Assembly: GCF_009914755.1 (NCBI RefSeq)
Contig: NC_060926.1
Length of the DNA stretch: 64,000 bases
Source: the human T2T-CHM13v2.0 reference genome, Homo sapiens
Strand: one strand, 5' to 3'
Part shown: positions 29,075 to 42,070 of the stretch, one piece after another
How positions within the stretch are numbered: the stretch's first letter is position 1
Layout: each line of letters starts with the position of its first letter
Position numbers and translations under genes: made by a program
Notes under the pieces: generated by a model
Seen by the model: only the letters and a program-made list of their open reading frames with translations
Database searches by the model: none
Told to the model about the DNA's origin: nothing

Positions 29075-30320
29075 CTGAGGGGAGGAAGGAAGCTAAGTGA
29101 GGAGTGCACACCCCAGTCCCAGCAGAGAGTGCCAGAGCTGGGGGAGGCTTGTGCCCCGGCACCAGAACCAAATGTGGACTCCAGTTTAGGTCAGAGGTTT
29201 GTTTTTGAGAGGAGCCGTGCTTGTGACTGGCATTTGTACCACACCTTACAGATCAAAAAGCATGTGTTTTACACAAACGTCACATTATTCGGGCCTCAGA
29301 AAAATCCCTGTTTGGTAGGTGGACAAGAGCAATGATTGGTTTTTACTGAGGATGAAGTCCTAAGACGTTAGCGGGCGAGCCAGGATCTCCCTGGACTCTG
29401 CCTTGGCTCAGAGCTGGTTTTCCAGACATCCCTCCCAGTGCTCTTTCTAGGACACACCATGATTGTGCACTTTTCAGTAAAACAGGCTGACAGACCAGGG
29501 CTTTCCCACTGAGTTGTACTAAGCCAGGCCAGCTGCTTCTGTTTTGGTCTTTTGTCCAGGTTCAGCAGCCTGAACGGGGGCTTGGCTCTGGCTCTCCAGT
29601 CCTCATCCATGATGCCCCAGAACTCAACCTTCCATCTGAGAGCTGAACTCGCTCCTCCAATGTTCTCTGAATAATGGAAGTGTCAGAGCAGAGGGATTCA
29701 AGGATCCTGGCCAAGGATCAGCTGCCCTATCTGCCTTCACATGTTCCTGAGGACCCAGAGACTCCAGGCTGCCCCCTGACCACTGGAGATGGCTGCAAAG
29801 GGGGCGTCCTCTGGAAGATGGTCAGCAGCCTCTAGAGGAAGCAGACATCCTGGACGCTGACCTCCAGGGCCTAATGCTCTGCCCCCTCTCCTGACCTGCA
29901 CCTCGAGGGGGATGTGTAGAGGGTCTGCTCTGGGAGTCTTGGCTGTGGCCCCCACCTACCCAAGAAAGCCAATGCCCACGATCAGCTCAGCTTCTGGGTG
30001 GCCCATGGGGCACCATTCGGTGTCCACTGACTGCAACCCCCTCCCCCCAACACCCGTCCTCTCTGTCCACCTCCCGGCAAACCTGTGGTGGATTCAGCAG
30101 GTCTGAGTGAGACAGAGGTGGGCTGGGAGGCCGCAGGTGTGACCGTAAATGGGCAGGGCAGCCAGACCACAGCACGCCTCAGCCATCTGACTCCAGCCCC
30201 TCTTACATACGTCCCCTCCATCCTCAAACCACCCACAGCCCATCGGTGCCAAACCATGAGAGCCCCCACCTCAGGGCGTTGGGTGGTACAGGGCTCACCC
30301 GCTCCCAGGGGGCTCCACAC

Positions 30321-30460
30321 CTGTCGGGGTTGGGGAGGAGGCTCCTGCCAGACAGAAGTAGCCGGGGGAGCAGGGGCCAGAGGGCGCAGCCAGGCCAGAG
30401 GCACCACAGAAATGGCCAGGGGGACAGGACAGGCCCTCAGAGACCATGGAGAGAAACATT
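30321..30460 (-). pseudogene. Cys-repeat exon, 140 nt, phase 2-1
   Basis: MFLSMVSEGLSCPPGHFCGASGLAAPSGPCSPGYFCLAGASSPTPTG; tctccccAG / GTGTGG. Confidence 0.85.
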
Positions 30461-31230
30461 CTGGGGAGACAGAAAGAAACCCAGGAGATGAGCCAGGGAG
30501 GGGAGCAGGCGGGAGGAAGGGGCTGTGGGACCAGGCCTCTCTGAAAGGGTGGACCCAGGCGCACCCTGGCAGGGACCACCTTTCCGCGATTTCCTTTTCA
30601 TCTCTCCTCTCTCAGGCTCCCTGTGACTCCTGCCTACACTGGCTCCAGGTAGCATTTCCGGCAGGTGCCTGAGGGAAAGTGTGGCAGGGCTCTTCTCTCT
30701 GTCTCTCTTTCCCCTCTGAGATATGCACCTGGTTATAATTCTTCTCTGTCTTAATCCCAATTCAAGCTCAGGCCGTCCAGGGCCACAGACCTCTGTGATC
30801 TGGCAGCTACAATCAGAACATCTAACAGTGCCCCACACTACCCCCCGCCCTCCCCTGAGCCATCAGCTCCACGACTGGCCCTTGCTTTGGGCTGTCTTCT
30901 CTTGGGAGCTGGGAGGGTCCTAAAGATGAGGAGATGGGTCTGGTCTCAAAAGAGATATCGGCAGACACAAATTCTTAATGGCTTTGCTTTCTTGAGTATG
31001 ACGTGTTCTCAAGCCCCTCAAAGCCCGCATGGCCTGCCCTCGATCTGGCCCCTCCAACCGACACTCCCCAAGGCTTTCTGCCCTCGCAGCCCAGGTGGAA
31101 GTCCGGCTCTCCAAGCCTCACACTCTCCCATGGCTGGGGGATGTTGTTGGTCAGCTGTTAAGTGGAAAGGAGGACCGAGAGGAGGTCTGGGCTCAGCCCC
31201 TGGGACCAGGGCAGTGGCACTCATACTCAC

Positions 31231-31330
31231 TAACCTGAGAAGGTGCCCATAGGGCAGGGCAGGGCCACCCCTGTGCCCACTGGACAGAAGTGACCTAGAG
31301 GGCAGGGCCCTCCCGCAGTCACATGGATGC
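31231..31330 (-). pseudogene. Cys-repeat exon, 100 nt, phase 1-2
   Basis: GIHVTAGGPCPLGHFCPVGTGVALPCPMGTFSG; donor GTGAGT; the junction codon with the next exon would read TA|A. Confidence 0.8.
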
Positions 31331-33068
31331 CTTTATTGGGATGAGTGACCTCAGCTCTTGCCCAGAGAATCAGAAGTGGCTGAGATTGCAGAGCAGCCCT
31401 CCCTGGCCCCCAGTCAGGCTCTCGACCACCCCCAGCTCACACACCCCTGCAGTGGGACATTTCCCAGAATAAGGGAGCAGAGCTCGCGAGCTGGAGTGAC
31501 AGTGCCCTCCACTGCCAGGGTGGCTCTCAAGCCCAGGGACGGCAGTGGGCCCTGAGATGCGGCCCCTTCTGAATTAATTCTTGGCTATCTGTGCCAGACC
31601 CTGCTTAGGAGCCCAAAGCTGGGGAGAAAGCATGGGGGTTCCAGGACTTGCCCATCCTGTGGAAAGGTGGGTGTGGTGCCTTCAGCCCCACTCTTGGTGT
31701 GGAGGGCACTGCAAGGCACTGAAGAGTTGGGGCTCCAGACCCCACTCAGGGAGCCTCCAGATGAGTGTTCTAGAAACCTGCTTCCACTCCAGCTAAGCTT
31801 GTTTTCATTTACATATTCATTATGTCATCACTTATGGTTTGCTCAAACCCTTTCTGAATGAGATGGACCTAATTTAATAAAAATTACACTGACAAGTACT
31901 CTAAGGAGAAGGGGCCCTTATATTTCTATGGGAAGAGAAAAGAAACAGTAATGTGTGACTGTCCCTAAAGCCAACGGCTTTGTGTGAAGACATGTCTTAT
32001 ATGGGAGGGTGGGGACACCCGTGGAAGACGACGCCTCACCCTCCCCACACAGGTGGCCAAAGGTGCAAAAAGAAGGTGGAGGAGCTCAGGTGAAAGCACT
32101 GGTGGCCTCACAGCATGCATGAAAGTTATCTCCACAACCACCAGCCCTCAGGTGACTCGGTAGGGGGAGAAGTCACCTCACCTCATGAGCTGTCTCAGGG
32201 AGAGGGAGGGTGGGGCTGGGGTTCAGGCCAGGGGTGGTTTTATTAGCCTCTCCACCCTGAGGTGTCCCTGGACCCTGTCCTGGAGCCACTGCCTGTGAAG
32301 CCAAAGTGCCACTTGGCTTGCTGGGTGGATGTTAATCCCACAACATAGTCCTCAGAGCCCTGCCTGTGGGCTGGGGGCCACCAAGGTCATGCTGGGACTA
32401 TGCCAGGGTTGAAGGCTGGGCCTGCCACTCAAGGGCCTCGGGGAACACAGCTCCAGGCTGCCTCTTGTGGCTGCAAGGACATGTGGGAAGTCCTGCTCCT
32501 AAAGCTCCTCCAGCCCAGCACCCTCCAATTGACCTTTTTATGATCCTCCTTCTTTAGCTCAGCCCTTAACTTCTCCAGGAAAGCTGTCCTGATGCTGCTC
32601 TCATCTTTTGGGCAGCGTGGAAGCCTTGGCCAGGCACCAGCAGAGATGGGACATTTCCTGCATGTCAGAGACCCTGCAGAGACTGGATCCTACCTTTCTC
32701 TGTTATGCCCTCCGTCCCTGCCGCTCGCCTGCCCTGCGGGAGGGGCCATCGTGGCGGTGGGGTCCACGTCCAGCCCTGCCTCTCCTCAGGCTTATTCTGC
32801 TCTGCAGCCTCCTCCAGGACAGGTGTTTCTTTACTGCCCTTCCTGAGCTCAGTCTTATTTAATGCTCATCTCAGCTCTCATCTGAGGGGAGAACTCAGGA
32901 TTCCCGAGTTAAGGGATTTCCCACAGTCAGGAAGTGGGTTCTGACTCCGCCCAAAGGCCCTGCCCTCTACCTCGCATCACAGACCTCTGGGCCCTGGGAC
33001 AGCAAAAGAGGTTTTCCAGGAGCTGAGTCCCTTGGGCCCCACCGCACAGCCTTGCCCCCCCTCCTCAC

Positions 33069-33418
33069 CTGCAGGACATGGCGGGCAGCTGTGGGCCTGG
33101 CTTCGGTCCTCCCAGGGACTGGACACGCCTGGAGGACAGGGCCTAGGGAGGTGGCTAGTGCCCTGGGGGCAGTAATGACCTGGGGAGCAGGTCCTCCCCT
33201 GGTGGGTCTCTCAGCCTGGAAAAAGGTGACCTCAGTCATCCCAAGGCCTCGCCCGTCCAGTGTGTAGGTGTCCTACTGTGCTTTCTGAGCAGGCCGAGTA
33301 CCTGTGCCGTAGCTGTGCTCCCCGTCTTGCCGAGGTGTGGCCGCCAGGGAGCCCTCGAAGTGTCCCCACAGCCCACCAAGGGGTGTCGGGGTCTGCGCCC
33401 CTCCTGGGCAGTGGAAAC
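33069..33418 (-). pseudogene. Cys-repeat exon with a cysteine-free linker (one 350-nt exon, or two exons 33302-33418 and 33069-33215)
   Basis: Starts GFHCPGGAQTPTP; ends TCSPGHYCPQGTSHLPRPCPPG...SCPPCPAG|GTGAGG; either model contains a stop. Confidence 0.75.
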
Positions 33419-34166
33419 CTGGAGGAGGGAAGCACCAGGCCGGCCTGCTCTCTGGAGAGGCCTGGCTCCCGCCTTCCCATGCACGAGGCTCCGGCTGTAC
33501 CCGTGACTGCTGTGGTGGGATCGGGCTCTGGAGGTGCCCCAGTAAGCTCATAACGTAGGACCCTCTCAAATCCACATCTTCAAATCTGTGTCTCCCACAT
33601 GGCCGAGTGAAGGTGGCAGTGTGGGCAGCAGCATAGTGGAGGACGGTGCCCGCCTCTCGTCTGTCTGGACCCAAACTTCGCCCCTCACTAAACCCATGGA
33701 TAGCCTGCTGTGCATGGGGACCCCAAGCGCAGAGGCTCTTGAGGAACCTTCAGCCCATTTCTCAGAGGCTGGTCCAAGTGTTGTCCCAGGGACAGATGGG
33801 CAGTGCTCTCTGGAGAGGTGGCAGGCCTCCCTGGGCCAAGCAGAAAGAACCCTCCCCTCACCCTCCAGGACACTTCCCCCATCCCCTTCGCCTCCCGCAA
33901 CACCCGGGCCTCAAGCTGGGAGGATGTGAGCAGCTTGGGAGCAGCTGGATGCTGCCGTCTGAGACCCCGCCCCACCATGTTCAGTATCCGCCTCTGCCCA
34001 GTCTCCAGCCTGCCTCCTCCTCATTCACACAAGCCTGGCCACATCGCCCAGGCACACCTGCCCTGGGCTCTCTCCAGCGTGCCTCTCCCCCAGGCACTGA
34101 GGCTCCCAGGGTGGCAGGTCCCAGCCGTGCTCTGCTTCATGCTCAGAGGGATGTAGGAGTCCTTAC

Positions 34167-34368
34167 CTGGTGCATACGGGCCCCCAGGGGCAGCCTGGCC
34201 TGTGGTGGCACAGAAGAGCCCAGGTGGGCGAGGCAGGCACCAGCTTATGTCCTGTGCCCCTCTCTCTGCATTCCAGGTGCCAGCCGGGCAGAGCCACTGC
34301 CTGGGGTCCTTGGTGCCAGCAGGGCAGAAATGACCCGGGGGACAGAGGTCACCAAAGGGGAGTCCCTT
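34167..34368 (-). pseudogene. Cys-repeat exon, 202 nt, phase 0-1
   Basis: KGLPFGDLCPPGHFCPAGTKDPRQWLCPAGTWNAERGAQDISWCLPRPPGLFCATTGQAAPGGPYAPG; ttcctctAG / GTAAGG. Confidence 0.88.
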
Positions 34369-35395
34369 CTAGAGGAAGAGGGGTCTGTTGAGGTTTACAA
34401 GCTGAGAGCAAGTGGGTTCTCTCCACTGGCTTCCCTCCTCTTCCTCCCTGAGCCCCTCTCTAGGGAAGCCTGCCCAGCTCAGCCCAGCCACACCTGTTCT
34501 GCACCGCCAGGAACCCTCTGGGAAACACTCAGGAATTTAACTTCAGAAAAAGAAAGTAAATTTTGATTGTTAAGTTGTTAAATAACCTAACCAATTCCAA
34601 CTCTCTGCTAATATCACCAACACACAGCTTTAATTGTGATGAGGTGCAACTATCATCTATCAATTAATCAATCTATATTTATCATTTCTCAAATAATCAA
34701 TCAATTATCTATCATCTATCAATCATCTATGCACCAAACGATGTACTTACAACAATTATTAATGCTTACCTAGTATCCCTCTAGGTTGATAAGCTATATC
34801 TCTGTCTAGATTTTTTTTTATTATTGGGCCTTTATGGTGTTTTGTTGTTGCTTTGAACGTTTTTTCACAAATGACTTTTTTCCCGTTTCAGATTCTTTCC
34901 CACATTGGAATTACTGGATCAATTCCAATAATTCCAAGCTGCCCTAGGCTCTCGTTAGGTATTGCAAGACTGCAGCAGCCCCTGGGCCCAGGCTGCAGCG
35001 GAGAGCATGAGAGCATGGACTCTCCCACACGGACGTCTTATGAGGCCTTCAGCACTTGCTTTACTATCAGTAGTTAGTAGATGCGTCGGGTACTGAAGTG
35101 GCATTGCTTCATGTGCCCTTAATGTCAGCCCACTGAGCCTTTTCCTGGCTGAAGACATATTTGTATTTGGTGCCTTTTGCAGTGGGTACTGGATGCTAGC
35201 CTCTTGGGCCCTTCCTCACTGGTTACATGTTTTCACGGGCCATGTATAATGGCTGCAGTTCTACCCGCTCTGCAGTGATTTCATTCTATCTTCTCAGGGC
35301 TACTCTGCCCCTCACGGGGCAGGCAGGTGCTGGGCCTTTGCCCTGTGGTGTCCCTGACCCCCGCCCTGGGAAGGCCCGATAGGGCCTGCACTCAC

Positions 35396-35548
35396 CAGGG
35401 ACGAGGTGTTGGAGCCAGGCCCGCAGTGATGCCCAGGGTGGCACAGGCCCTGGGGCTCGGCCAGGCCAGCTTTGCCACAGAATGCCCCCAGGTGGCATGG
35501 CTGGCAGTATTCCACACGGGCGGCCCCAGGGGCCTTTCGGAAAGTGCC
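35396..35548 (-). pseudogene. Cys-repeat exon, 153 nt, phase 0-0
   Basis: GTFRKAPGAARVEYCQPCHLGAFCGKAGLAEPQGLCHPGHHCGPGSNTSSL; ctgcccAG / GTGAGT. Confidence 0.88.
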
Positions 35549-36086
35549 CTGGGCAGATAGAGGGATGTCACCAGGGTCAAGGTTCTGGAAGCCACAGTGG
35601 GGCCAGGGAGGAAGCAGAGCAGGGCCCTCCACCCTCTCTCCTTGGGCACACAGAACCAGGGAGAAGACAATCTGTCCTCACCAAGGACAGAGCCCTCAGG
35701 ACCCATCCACTAGTGTGTGGGATTGAGGTTTCCATAGATTGAAGTCTGGCTGCAAAACAGAGGGGAGGCTGCCCCCACGGGGAGTACCACCTGCACCTAA
35801 CTCCCCAGCTCCCTCCCCCCTCCCTCCTCCTCCCCACCTCCTGCTCCCTGGGCCTGGGTTACTCCATCCCTCGTGACCTTCTGGTCTGGCACCGTAGGGA
35901 AACTAGCCGTGGGAATGTGAGCAGCCCAGCCCTTATCTGAGTGGTGGGGGAGGCAGGGGCTGGGTATGGCCATGTCATGCTGAAGGGACGTTGTCCCTCT
36001 CAACCACCAGTATGGGGCCAATGGCTCCAGAGCCTTCCCATGCCGAACCAGAAACACCAGCTGGGGATCCCAGGGGAGAGGCTCAC

Positions 36087-36226
36087 CATGGGGCAGGGGA
36101 TGGATAGCAGGCCCTGGGCTGGGCAGTAGTGCCCAGGGCGACACGTCATGGCCCAGGGCCAAGCAGCTTTGTCTGGTTGCAGAGTTTTCCTCCTGAGCAC
36201 TCCTGGCACCAGAGATGACCTGGACC
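36087..36226 (-). pseudogene. Degenerate Cys-repeat exon, phase 1-0
   Basis: Ends TCRPGHYCPAQGLLSIPCPM|GTGAGC; the 5' half fits the motif poorly. Confidence 0.65.
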
Positions 36227-36845
36227 CTGGAAAGGGGTGTGGACAATAAGGTCGAGGTTCCATCCACACCTGGAATGCATAGGTGGGCCTGGTGCACGAC
36301 AGGTACTGAGGAAAGGTATGTGGGGCTGCTGCTGGCCAGGCCTGGCTCAGTGCGTACCTCCCCTATGAGGAAGGCGGATGCCACAGAACCAGGGAGCTCT
36401 CCAAGCACATGGCTGCAGGATTGGCAATGCCCGGAGGAGGAGGGCCCAGGCTGGAGGCTCCTTCTGTCTTCTCAGGGCTACTGATCCTCCGGGAGGCCTC
36501 TGCATGAGTCAGGAGAGGCCAATGTGGCCCTGCAGGGCTGCACTCATGAGTGGTCTGGGCAGGGCCGTCACGATGGCTGCACAGTGGGCCATACTGTGGG
36601 TTCTGGGTCACCCACCCTGCCACCTCCCCATGCCTGCCAGCGCTCTCGAGGTGTCCACATAGAGGCCTGGGCTCACTGGGAAGACTCAGGGCAGAAGGTT
36701 GGGGGCTGCCATGCCAGGTGAGTATTGGTGCTGGAGCCCTGCTGGGTTTGCCTCCCAGCTGTGCCATCTGCAGACCCCTCCTCATCTTGAAGGGGAAAGC
36801 TATGCTGGGGGTGTGGGTATCCCTGAGCTGACACAGTGAGTGCTG

Positions 36846-37024
36846 TGTAGATGGTAGAGCTCCAGGTAACTGCAAGGGGGGATGATGGTGCTTCCTGAGA
36901 AGGAGGGAAAGATTGTGTCTGAAACACAATTTGCTGTAGATGGTAGAGCTCCAGGTAACTGTAAGGGGCGATGACGGTGCTGCCTGAGAAGGAGGGGAAG
37001 ATTTTGTGTCCGAAACACAATTTG
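36846..37024. repeat. Two-copy tandem duplication, unit ~89 nt
   Basis: TGTAGATGGTAGAGCTCCAGGTAACTG...GAAACACAATTTG at 36846 and again at 36935. Confidence 0.92.
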
Positions 37025-37770
37025 GGCTCTTTGGGCTGCAGTGACTGGCCACAGTTGCCCTGTGTGGAAAGCTGCGAGATACTGAATAAACTGCACATTC
37101 TTTGACTGCACAACTCCCCAGGGCCACCTGTGGCTTCCCTAAGCTTGACATCATTTCTTGGAATAATCACCAAGCTTCACTGAAGAAGCCTGCAAAGATG
37201 GCATTAGCAGAGCAGTGAGGGACTCGTGCAATGGCACCCCCTTCCTGACACTTGAGTGCACATGGCAGGCAGTGGGGAGGAGGGTGCCGATAGCTCCTCT
37301 GGGTCTGGAAGGCCAATGTCATGCAATGTCCCAGGCTCCTGCTCATTGCTTACCTGGGTGGTGGGGGAAGAGGAGGTAAAATGGAAGTGTGCTGCCTTCA
37401 TCACCCATAGCTCCCTGTAGAGGGAACTAAATGCAGACACCTACCCCAGTGGGCTCAGGGCAATGACTCTGTTCCCCCATCTCCCTCCCTCTGCTTCTTC
37501 CCCTTCCCCTTCCCCAATAGGCGCCAGGCTGGCCCATGGAGCAAGGGCCCAGGCCTGCCCCCTCTGCCCTAGAAGAAGCACCTGGAGGCCTGCCCAGCTC
37601 CCAAGCCCACATTGGAGCAAAGGATTCTCCCTGCAGTTGCGTGTTTCCCTTGCCTGAGCGGAGCTCTGGGGAGTCACCATCGGGGCAGGCTGGGGCAGGC
37701 ACCTCCCAATTTTAGGATCCCCCACTCTTCAGAGCCCTCTGAGGATGGAGTCTGTTCTGGGAACACTTAC

Positions 37771-37894
37771 AGAGAAGCTGCCAGTGCTGCATGGTCGTGG
37801 CGTGGTGGTGCCTCTCTCAGGGCAGTGGTGACTGGCAGGGCGAGGCACACAGGCCACAGCCAGCTTGGCTGCTGGACCTTGGCAGTACGTTCCT
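37771..37894 (-). pseudogene. Cys-repeat exon, 124 nt, phase 2-0
   Basis: RGTYCQGPAAKLAVACVPRPASHHCPERGTTTPRPCSTGSFS; ccccctctAG / GTAAGT. Confidence 0.8.
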
Positions 37895-38154
37895 CTAGAG
37901 GGGGTGGAGAGAGCTAAAGGTGGATGCCCACGGCCTTCCTGGGGAAGAGTCCCCACCCATGAAGTCGCCATTTCTCCAAGGCCAGATCCCTCCACTGTCC
38001 CCCAGCTTCCCCTCAGAGTGTAAGGGCAGAACTCCCAGCCCGCCTGAGCCTTAGGAGGCCCTGTAGGGGAGGCTGAGGGTGTGGCCTCAGCTGGAGAAGG
38101 CAGGGCAGGAGATTTAAAAACCAGGCTAATTGTGCTTCTTTCTAAAGTTGTCTG

Positions 38155-38785
38155 TGAGATGCACCGGGGCCCCTCTTAGGATCCTGCTACCCCTGACCCT
38201 CCCAGCATGGAAATAAAGACAAATCTTGAGTTCCTTCAAGGGAAAGTCCAGCACCTCACTAGCCCTGAGGAGTAAATGAGCAGCCCGATAAGCAAGAAGG
38301 TAACTGCAGCTTTGAACAGTGGCCAGGGAAGTCAGAGCCACGAGAGGCTTGGTTTTCTCTGGAAGCTAAAGATGCCATCTTAGCATATGTCCCTGATTGC
38401 TTTTCAGAAACCAGGACCCCCAGCAAATGGACCCGCTGGCAGGCAGACCTCAGATAAGGGGGGAGTGAGGACTGAACTCTGACTGCCTCAGTGCTTTGTT
38501 CTAAATTTCTGCCTGGGGGCTCCTGGCACGCCCGCAGGCCAGACCTTAACATCCCTTTCTGCTGACCCTAAGAGTTTAGACACAGCTTCAATTCCTTAAC
38601 CAAACGGGGAATCTTTGACTCCACCTATGACGCGGAAGTGCCTGCTTCAAGACAGACTGCCCTTTTAGGCCAATGTGTAAACTTCATGTCTTGATTTACA
38701 ATTTTGCCTGTATAAGGGTAAATTTCTCTCCTGAAATTTACCCCTGCCTCTATAAACCCTTGCTTGTAAGCTGCCAGGGAGGTTG
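38155..38785 (+). mobile_element. ERV1-class LTR (MER-type), intronic
   Basis: LTR-like motifs (TCTTGAGTTCCTTCAAGGGAAA, CAGACCTCAGATAAGGGG, TATAAACCCTTGCTTGTAAGC); subfamily not assigned. Confidence 0.6.
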
Positions 38786-38789
38786 GCTC

Positions 38790-38843
38790 ATTTTTTTTTT
38801 TTTTTTTTTTTGAGACGGAGTTTCACTTTTGTTGCCCAGGCTT
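38790..38843 (-). mobile_element. Alu 3' fragment with poly(T)
   Basis: Long T run followed by GAGACGGAGTTTCACTTTTGTTGCCCAGGCT. Confidence 0.85.
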
Positions 38844-39081
38844 AGATTTTCCACATTCTCTCAAGTTTTATAAATATCTATTTATGCTTTGTGATTTTGT
38901 GATTTTGGCTTTTTAAAATTGAAATCTGCATTTGATCTGAAATTTGTTTTGATCAATGTCATTTCCACTTTTTACATGAAGAATGTGTGTTGCTTGTTTT
39001 TAGTAAGACAAACCCTAAGTTTTCTTTTTGACCAGAGGAATAAAAGGCACATTTTAATAAAACAGTAAAATCCACAGATAA

Positions 39082-39774
<693 letters not shown>

Positions 39775-39892
39775 TGAGGGCAGGCTGGGCCCTCCTCTCC
39801 CTTGGTACCAGTGTCCAGTGCTGGGCTCCAGCAGGCACACAATGAACGTGGCGATTTGGCCTCAATAACAACCACACATGCGGCCTCCTTAC

Positions 39893-40033
39893 CGTTGGCA
39901 GAGCTCCGGCTCAGGGACCCCACTGGGGCAGAAGGCCCCGGGGGGTAGGGCAGACAGTCCTCGAGCTGGCCGTTGCCTGCCTGGGAGCTGCAGGTGCCTG
40001 CTGGGCAGGGGAACTGTGTCCTCCACTTCGCCC
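39893..40033 (-). pseudogene. Cys-repeat exon, phase 1-2, with a 1-nt deletion near 39936
   Basis: GAKWRTQFPCPAGTCSSQAGNGQLEDCLPYPPG / AFCPSGVPEPELCQR; tgaaacAG / GTAAGG; 141 nt where 142 keeps frame. Confidence 0.85.
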
Positions 40034-40495
40034 CTGTTTCAGAGAGAAGAGGGGTTCAGAGGAAGAAAGAGGGGTCGGACCTGTGTCATCACTGGCACAC
40101 CAGCTCCTCACCTGCTGCCTGGAGACAGTTCCCAGGGGAGGCCACTGGGGATGGGGCAGGGGGAGGGGGTGTCACTCTCCAGGACACAGTCTTTAGGAAG
40201 CTGTGCTTTGGGCTGAGACACCTGGGAACCCCCATTTAGGAGGCTCTGAGGCTTATCAATCCCTTCCAGCCCCCAGCCTGCTGGTGGCTTCTGTCCCCAC
40301 AGCCTCCCCGAGTTTCCTGCTCCTCCCAGCCCTCCTCTCAGGAAGGTGGTCCTGAAATGGAAGCTTCCCCTCTCCCGTTGCACACCAGGCTTCTCCTGCT
40401 GCATCTGCTCCAGAGGAGGTGCACAGGCCAGCCCATGGCACCCTCTCCTGGCACTTGCCTGCAACCTTGCCAGGGCAGAGTCTGGCCCCACTCAC

Positions 40496-40720
40496 CTCAT
40501 GGGCAGTAATGCCCGGCCCTGCATGTCCCTGAGGGCACCTGAGCTCCACTGACACAGAACCAGCCCCTGGGGCAGGGCATACACTCCTCGCTCATGGTCA
40601 ATCCAGTCTGGTTACTCCAGATGCCGGGAGGACACTGGAACTGGGTTGGCTTTTTGGTGCCGGGAGGGCAATAATGGCCAGCTGAGCAGGGGATGGGGGG
40701 CCAGTCTGGGCCCCCGGTTC
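40496..40720 (-). pseudogene. Cys-repeat exon, 225 nt, phase 1-1, TGA at 40497-40499
   Basis: [74 protein letters not shown]; tttgcAG / GTGAGT. Confidence 0.9.
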
Positions 40721-41070
40721 CTGCAAACACAGTACTGAACTAGACCTGAAGGGCTGCTGCCCCTCTCCAGCCACAACCCCTGGCAGGCGTCAGAGACACG
40801 GGCTGGGGCCTTGCCTCGGGGCAGGGGGTATCTGGATTAACAACCTCCAAGGCCACCGTACCCGAGGCAGCAGGGTCGGGACTCAGGCTGCTTTTAATTG
40901 CCCAATCCTTTGGGCTCCCCATGGAGGGGTGGGCAATGCTCTTTGTGAGGAACAAAGGGGCTATGGGTCAGGGTCTATTGTCCTGGCCTCCCTGTCCCGG
41001 GGTGGAACTGGTTTTTCACCCAAAGGCAGGGTCCTGAGGTGGTGAGGCCACTGTCCCCCTCCTCACTTAC

Positions 41071-41207
41071 CCCCAGGACAGGCTAGTCCCTCGGGGCAGA
41101 CCTCACACTGCGATGGGTGGGAGAGGTCATTGCGGTTGCTAAAGGTCCCAGGAGGGCAGGCATGGGAGGGAGCGTGGGGACTGGAGGAGCCTGAAGGGCA
41201 CACGTAC
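41071..41207 (-). pseudogene. Cys-repeat exon, 137 nt, phase 2-1
   Basis: YVCPSGSSSPHAPSHACPPGTFSNRNDLSHPSQCEVCPEGLACPGG; gctgtAG / GTAAGT. Confidence 0.88.
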
Positions 41208-41620
41208 CTACAGCAGCAGGGGAGTTGGCACCTGGTGCCCACCACGCAGAGCCCGGCATCTTGGAGAGTCATGGCCAGATCCCGCCGTGCCCCTGGCCTG
41301 CTCTGTGAGTCTGCATGGTAACCTGGCCTCTCTGAGCTACTTTCTCCATGGACAAAGCCAGGAAGACAGCTCCCTAGACGCCTCCTGAGCATGGATGGAC
41401 CTGAGACAGTGCTGGGCCTCGGTGCTCGGGGGCAAGTCCTGGAGCCCTGGGCTGGCTGAGACAGAGCTTTGATCTGAAGGCGCAGCCCTCTCCGAACCCT
41501 GAGAGGGTCAGAGGCTGGGAGAAGTCTGGCCTTGACCTGGGACTGATTCTCTAAGGGTGTTAGGGGGATGGCTCTGGCCCCCATCGGGACACTCATCATT
41601 GAGAAATGGCGGGCACTTAC

Positions 41621-41806
41621 CCCGGTGAGCACGCTGCGTCGGGGTGTGTCAGCCCAGCCTGGGTACAGGCCCTGCCTGCTGGGCAAGGGGTGCAGTCTGT
41701 GGCTTCATCCTGGCCTAAGCGGGGGCCAAATGTACCCGGCTGGCATGGGATGGGGCGGGTGGCTCTGTTGGGGCAGAAGTGTCCCGCAGGGCACCGAAGA
41801 CACAGG
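41621..41806 (-). pseudogene. Cys-repeat exon, 186 nt, phase 2-2
   Basis: LCLRCPAGHFCPNRATRPIPCQPGTFGPRLGQDEATDCTPCPAGRACTQAGLTHPDAACSPG; ttctcAG / GTAAGT. Confidence 0.88.
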
Positions 41807-41969
41807 CTGAGAACTGGGGAGACAGCAGTTTTCTCTCTCAAGGGAAGCAGTGACAAGAAAAGCAACCAAAGCTCTACAGGCCTTGGCCACACCTGACCCT
41901 CCCATGGGCCTGGGAGTGCAGGAGCTGCCACCATCCCTGGTTACCAGGAAAGGGGTATCACTGCCTCTA

Positions 41970-42070
41970 GTGTAAAGATGAGGCTCAGAGAGGTGAAGCA
42001 CCTTGCTGATATCACACAGCCTGTGCATAGCAGATCTGGGCCATCCCTGGCCTGGCATTTTCTAGGCCCA
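41970..42070 (-). mobile_element. MIR fragment
   Basis: GAGGCTCAGAGAGGTGAAG...TCACACAGC. Confidence 0.7.

Noticed and set aside
33646-34566. 306-aa plus-strand ORF
   Set aside because: GC-rich chance ORF antisense to a Cys-repeat exon; no recognisable domain.
36363-37154. 263-aa minus-strand ORF with an internal repeat
   Set aside because: The repeat comes from the 89-nt tandem duplication; it lacks the cysteine motif and clear splice boundaries.
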